Below are positions 44,335 through 48,447 of a stretch of DNA of 48,447 nt, one piece after another (position 1 is the stretch's first letter; each line of letters opens with the position of its first letter). The notes beneath the pieces are model-generated. The model saw nothing but the letters and a program-made list of their open reading frames with translations, was not told the DNA's origin and made no database searches. The stretch is from a virus, in IMG/VR virus record IMGVR_UViG_3300012929_000007. One strand, written 5' to 3'. A program made the translations under genes and the position numbers.

Positions 44335-46349
44335 TGATCGGCGCATTCGTGCTTGTCTGCTTGGGCTTGTTGCCGTGTGCGCTTTGGGCACTTGTGCAAG
44401 CCGCCGAGCACGCCCAACGTCGGGACAAGTGGATCCGACCCGCCGCTCAGGTGCTTATCGACAACTTGCCCAAGACGGGTACGGACGCTGTGGGGGTTGC
44501 CGCCAACATCGCGGCTGCACTGCGTACGCACCCGGAACGGTATGTGACGCTGCCCAAGGTGTGGCCGATCGACCCGACTGACCTCACGTCGCATGTCTTG
44601 GTCAAGCTGCCGATCAGTCCCGGCACCAATGAGAAGGTCAAAGATCGGATTGCGGGCGAGATCGGGTCGCGCCTTGGGTTTGACGGCGCACCGTCCGCTG
44701 AGTGGCTATACGTGGGCCACGGGGCGTTGGTCAAGCTGTATCCGACACCGTCATTCGGCGCGCCACGAACCGTGTACGACTACCTTCCGTTCGTGGAAGC
44801 CGAAGCGGGGAGTCCGCATCGCGTTGTGCTGGGTACGGATGTGTCGGGCGCACCGGTCGTGTACGACCATGTGACCATGGGGCCGCACATCAAGGCGTCA
44901 GCGGGGTCAGGTGGAGGTAAGAGTAACCTGTATCGATTTTTGGTGCCGCAGTACATTCGGAGTGGTGCGCAGGTCGTCATTTTGGACGTCAAGGGTGTGT
45001 CCATGCTTGACCTTGCGGTTGCTTTGGAGTTCCGCAACATCAAGTATTATAGCGAGGCTGAGACGTGCCACAACGCGTTTCAGGCCGTGTTCGCTGAGCT
45101 TGAGCGACGACGTAAGGAGGATATCTCGGCACGGCTTTCAGGTCGCGCGGCCGTTTTTGCCCCTTTGCACGTCATCATGGAAGAGGCCAATACCCTCATG
45201 GCCATGCTCAAGGACTTTTGGGAGTACGCCAAGGCGGCACACAGCGAGGCTGCGAGGCATTCTCCGGCCGTGCGTTCCATGCACTACAGCGTGTATATGG
45301 GGCGTGAGTTTGGTATCTATATCCATGTAATCTGCCAGCGGGCGGAGGCTGCGGTGTTTGGTGGCGGGGCGGTTCGCGAGAACTTCAACGCCGCGCTTAT
45401 GAGCAAGTGGGACATGCGCACGTGGAAGATGTTGGCGCACGGGCATCGGTACATTCCGCATCCGATGGACTGGAGTTGGTACCTTGTCACGTCAACGGCT
45501 GTGGTGCGGTATATGCCACCACACTTGCAAGAGTCGGATGCATGCCTTCTTGCCGACCTGGATAACGTGTCTGACTTGGCTTGGTCGGCGGAGCTTGAGG
45601 CTGTGCCAGACGTGCGCGTTACGTCGGTGCAAGGGTACCTACCGCAAGGGGTGAATGAGATAGCAGGCTTGCCACACATTGAGCTAGCCATGACGGTAAC
45701 GCTTAAGGAAGCACACAGCATGCTTGCCAAGCACGGGCACAACGTGCCGTTAACGGTGCTTGAGCAGTGGCAGAAGGGGGCACGTAGCGCGGAGTCCAAG
45801 GGGTATGCACCGTGGCCGAGTGCCGTTGGCGCTAACGGGCGTACCAAGGTGTACGCACGCACGGACATTTTGGCGTGGCTGACGAGTGGCCCGGAACCGT
45901 CTGGCAAGTTTTGGGACGGTGTGTTTGTCGACATCCGGCGTGCTGACTTGGCGATTAAGCCGCATGTCATCTACGGGCTTAGGGTGGAGACGTACGGCGA
46001 TACGGTCGGGTATATCGGGCAGACGCATCAAGCGCTTGAGACGCGTAGTGAGCAGCACGCGGAGACACAGTATTGGGGGGATCTCATCACCGATACGGTT
46101 GAGATATTCTCGGGCGATATGACGTGTATCGAGGCGCGTGAGATCGAGGGGCTGCTGACCGATACGCTTGCGTGCGTGCTTAATCGGCCGGTACCTCAGG
46201 TGGGCGCGGATGTGCGTCCTCGGTGGAACCCTGCGGCTGAGACCGTTGAGGGTCTGCGCGACGCACGGCACGCACGAGACATCGAAAGTGGTAGGCCGTT
46301 GTTCAGCAGTCCAATGGACCGGTCACGGGGGGTGTCCGGACGGGGTTAA
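44334..46349 (+). CDS. FtsK/SpoIIIE-like DNA translocase with a C-terminal GIY-YIG-like module
   Basis: TGATG overlap with the upstream gene and an N-terminal TM segment. Walker A is SAGSGGGKS and Walker B-like is LHVIMEEA. The C-terminal sequence is VIYGLRVETYGDTVGYIGQTHQALETRSEQH. Confidence 0.65.
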   Translation: MIGAFVLVCLGLLPCALWALVQAAEHAQRRDKWIRPAAQVLIDNLPKTGTDAVGVAANIAAALRTHPERYVTLPKVWPIDPTDLTSHVLVKLPISPGTNEKVKDRIAGEIGSRLGFDGAPSAEWLYVGHGALVKLYPTPSFGAPRTVYDYLPFVEAEAGSPHRVVLGTDVSGAPVVYDHVTMGPHIKASAGSGGGKSNLYRFLVPQYIRSGAQVVILDVKGVSMLDLAVALEFRNIKYYSEAETCHNAFQAVFAELERRRKEDISARLSGRAAVFAPLHVIMEEANTLMAMLKDFWEYAKAAHSEAARHSPAVRSMHYSVYMGREFGIYIHVICQRAEAAVFGGGAVRENFNAALMSKWDMRTWKMLAHGHRYIPHPMDWSWYLVTSTAVVRYMPPHLQESDACLLADLDNVSDLAWSAELEAVPDVRVTSVQGYLPQGVNEIAGLPHIELAMTVTLKEAHSMLAKHGHNVPLTVLEQWQKGARSAESKGYAPWPSAVGANGRTKVYARTDILAWLTSGPEPSGKFWDGVFVDIRRADLAIKPHVIYGLRVETYGDTVGYIGQTHQALETRSEQHAETQYWGDLITDTVEIFSGDMTCIEAREIEGLLTDTLACVLNRPVPQVGADVRPRWNPAAETVEGLRDARHARDIESGRPLFSSPMDRSRGVSGRG

Positions 46350-46411
46350 GGTGTCCGAAGGTCCGGGGGCGTCCGGATGGCATACGCGCAGGTCACCCTG
46401 GTTCGGACACC
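46350..46411 (+). promoter_or_regulatory. Structured intergenic element: 10-bp inverted repeat GGTGTCCGAA / TTCGGACACC enclosing GTCCGGA repeats
   Basis: Seen directly in the sequence, between the FtsK-like gene and the DUF3310-like gene. Confidence 0.35.
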
Positions 46412-46426
46412 CCGGACCGGACAACG

Positions 46427-46804
46427 ATGGGGGTAGTCATGGGTAGCGGCAAGCACGATGCGGTGGCACGGCCGGATCATTACAACTGGCATCCGGCGAT
46501 CGAGTGCATTCGGGTTACGCAAGAGTTCAACTTCAACCTTGGGAACGTCGTCAAGTACGTATGGCGCGCGGGCAGGAAGAGCACGAGCGCTATTGAGGAC
46601 CTGCGCAAGGCTCGGCAGTACCTCGACTTTGAGATTGCGCGCTTGGGGGACGCGCCGTGCCATGTGCGCGCAGAGAAGGTTACAGCGGGGTGGGTACACG
46701 AATTTTATCGGTGCGGTATGGAACAGACGCATGTGGCACACACGGTAGAACCTATGGATATCGGGGTCCGGCGGTGCATCACGTGGTGCGACGGGTACTT
46801 GTGA
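46427..46804 (+). CDS. DUF3310-like protein
   Basis: RPDHYNWHPAIECIRV...NLGNVVKYVWRAGRK...EDLRKARQYLDFEI matches the remembered DUF3310 signature. Confidence 0.6.
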   Translation: MGVVMGSGKHDAVARPDHYNWHPAIECIRVTQEFNFNLGNVVKYVWRAGRKSTSAIEDLRKARQYLDFEIARLGDAPCHVRAEKVTAGWVHEFYRCGMEQTHVAHTVEPMDIGVRRCITWCDGYL

Positions 46805-46980
46805 TGGCAGGTTTAAGGCGTGAGTCCCCGATGTCCATGCTTGAACGTGCGGTCATGAACACCGGGCAGCGTACGTACATTGACGTTCAAGCGGAGCTTT
46901 ACGCGCAAGGGATTGATGTGGGAGAGACACCTGTTCGTCGTGCGTTGCGTAAGCTACGATCGGAGATCTCCGAGCGTTAG
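46804..46980 (+). CDS. Small hypothetical protein, 58 aa (possible HTH)
   Basis: TGATG overlap with the upstream stop. Confidence 0.4.
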   Translation: MAGLRRESPMSMLERAVMNTGQRTYIDVQAELYAQGIDVGETPVRRALRKLRSEISER

Positions 46981-46991
46981 GGTTAAACGAC

Positions 46992-47528
46992 ATGGCACAT
47001 CGTGAATACGAGAACGCCATTCAGCGTTGTGACATATGGGCTAAGAAGCGTAGGGCTCTTGAGCTGAGACTAGCTAAAGAGCCCTACAGCCGTATTGCCG
47101 ACGAACTTGATGTCAGCACTGCAACGGCCCATCAATGGGTGCGCGAGCTGACTGCTATCCAACTTCCGCAAGAGGACATGGACGACGTTCGGGCGCATGA
47201 AGCGGCGGGTTACGACGCATCCGAGCAGCGCGTAACCGCGATGATGGCCATGGTGGCGGACATTGCCGCAGAACGTAAGGCTAAGAATGAGCCCATCGGG
47301 TATCAGATCGAGCAGCTTAACAGCCTTGAGAAGACACTCGGCGAGGTGCGCAAACAGCGCGCGCTACTTCTTGGCATCAACCGGCCCGTGTTGGTCAAGC
47401 ACAACGTGACGATTCGTAACGTGCTTGATGACGAGATCGAAGCGCTTGTTTCGGAGCTTAGCGGGGGCGGCAACATCATGAGTGACCCCGAGATGGTCGA
47501 TCTTGAAGGGGACACCGCCGATGACTAG
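46992..47528 (+). CDS. Terminase small subunit (putative, N-terminal HTH)
   Basis: The sequence YSRIADELDVSTATAHQWVRE looks like an HTH. The gene overlaps the TerL start by 8 nt and is preceded by GGTTAAACGAC. Confidence 0.55.
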   Translation: MAHREYENAIQRCDIWAKKRRALELRLAKEPYSRIADELDVSTATAHQWVRELTAIQLPQEDMDDVRAHEAAGYDASEQRVTAMMAMVADIAAERKAKNEPIGYQIEQLNSLEKTLGEVRKQRALLLGINRPVLVKHNVTIRNVLDDEIEALVSELSGGGNIMSDPEMVDLEGDTADD

Positions 47529-48447
47529 AGGCGTGAGTAACAAGCCCAAACCCGAGCCAACACCGGTGTCGGAACTGCGCGAACGCATCACGGCGCTTGA
47601 TCCCGATCGTAAGCGACAGCTAGCCGCGCGCCTCCGGGTGGAGCGTGAGGTACGTCGGACGGCGTGGCTGTGCCGCATCCCCATGTGCGTGGGCAACCCA
47701 CACCCTGAGTGCCCGGTGCGGCATGCTCGGGCAAACCAGCGGTTGCCGTTTAAACGCGGAGATGGCAAGACCGGTGCCTTGTGGATGGCAGGTCGCGGGT
47801 TTGGTAAGACGCGCATCGGTGCTGAGGGTGTACGCACCATGACCACTAAGACGCGCGGGGGTGCTGGTCGTATCGCGCTCATTGCGCGGACCGCTGCCGA
47901 CGTACGTGACGTCATGATTGAGGGTGAAAGTGGCCTGCTCAATGTATTCCCCAAGTGGGAACGTCCTGAGTATCAACCTAGCAAGCGACGTATCGTCTTT
48001 CATAACGGAGCTGTTGCGTTTGCGTATTCCTCAGAGGACCCTGACTTACTGCGTGGCCCACAACACGATTTCGTATGGGGTGATGAGTTCAGTACATGGC
48101 GTTACCTTGCGGCTGTCATGTCCAACGCTTTGATGGGTATGCGGCTTGGTGAAGAGCCGCGCATGATCCTTACGGGTACGCCTCGCCCGAGCAAGGACGT
48201 CAAGAAGCTGGTCAACGGCAAGTTCGGCAACTTCTATATCATTCGCGGCACCACATACGACAATCTTGTCAACCTCGCGCCTGTCTTTCATGACACGGTG
48301 ATCCGGCAGTACGAGGGTACGCGCACCGGTCGGCAAGAGTTGAATGGTGAGCTGCTGTCTGACGTGGTCGGCGCGATGCTTAGCCATGACGTGTTTGATG
48401 CCGATGGCTTTCGGTGGGACGCTGACTTGCCGGATGACGTGTCTACG
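47521..48447 (+). CDS. Terminase large subunit, N-terminal ATPase part (open at the window end, continues at base 1/124)
   Basis: ATG at 47521. Walker A-like GRGFGKT and Walker B-like HDFVWGDE. No stop occurs before the window end, and the frame matches 1..663 through the 123-bp overlap. Confidence 0.85.
   Translation, partial: MTRGVSNKPKPEPTPVSELRERITALDPDRKRQLAARLRVEREVRRTAWLCRIPMCVGNPHPECPVRHARANQRLPFKRGDGKTGALWMAGRGFGKTRIGAEGVRTMTTKTRGGAGRIALIARTAADVRDVMIEGESGLLNVFPKWERPEYQPSKRRIVFHNGAVAFAYSSEDPDLLRGPQHDFVWGDEFSTWRYLAAVMSNALMGMRLGEEPRMILTGTPRPSKDVKKLVNGKFGNFYIIRGTTYDNLVNLAPVFHDTVIRQYEGTRTGRQELNGELLSDVVGAMLSHDVFDADGFRWDADLPDDVST
47747..47756. repeat. YGTTTAAACR copy 16
   Basis: cGTTTAAACg in the TerL gene, read as F-K. 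Confidence 0.95.
48325..48447. repeat. Terminal direct repeat, copy 2
   Basis: Identical to 1-123. Confidence 0.95.

Overview
The window is a complete, circularly closed genome of about 48.3 kb from a siphovirus-type tailed dsDNA phage of a high-GC (roughly 62-65% by eye) actinobacterial host. Bases 1-123 are identical to 48325-48447, so the contig overlaps itself and the break falls inside the large terminase gene; the unit length is 48,324 bp. There are two divergent transcription arms. Both start at a lower-GC, repeat-rich switch region (39260-39689) and converge on a strong bidirectional terminator (25744-25784). The rightward arm (39690 -> end -> 1 -> 25730) carries DNA polymerase I, a RuvC-like resolvase, an ECF-like sigma factor and an FtsK-like translocase. 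It continues through a DUF3310-like protein, TerS/TerL, portal, a polysaccharide-deacetylase-domain protein, MuF, scaffold, capsid and head-tail connectors. It ends with the major tail protein, chaperones with a -1 frameshift, a 2273-aa tape measure, minor tail proteins and the lysis cassette. The leftward arm (39207 -> 25804) carries Prim-Pol/helicase, a Cas4-like exonuclease, a Sak4-like ATPase, a DUF669-like SSB, a tRNA-like gene, an SprT-like protease, many tiny ORFs and a secreted protein. I recognised no integrase, repressor, CRISPR array or rRNA, and no LysB-type esterase, so a Streptomyces-like host lacking mycolic acids is plausible but only inferred. Three signals stand out. (1) Sixteen exact copies of the AT-rich 10-bp palindrome YGTTTAAACR occur where about 0.2 copies of the 8-bp core are expected, and half sit at gene, promoter or terminator boundaries. 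(2) A tRNA gene has perfect acceptor, D and T arms but about 52 nt inserted in the anticodon loop. (3) The divergent switch region is packed with 8-bp iterons. All functional calls rest on motif-level recognition of the translations and need HMM/BLAST confirmation.
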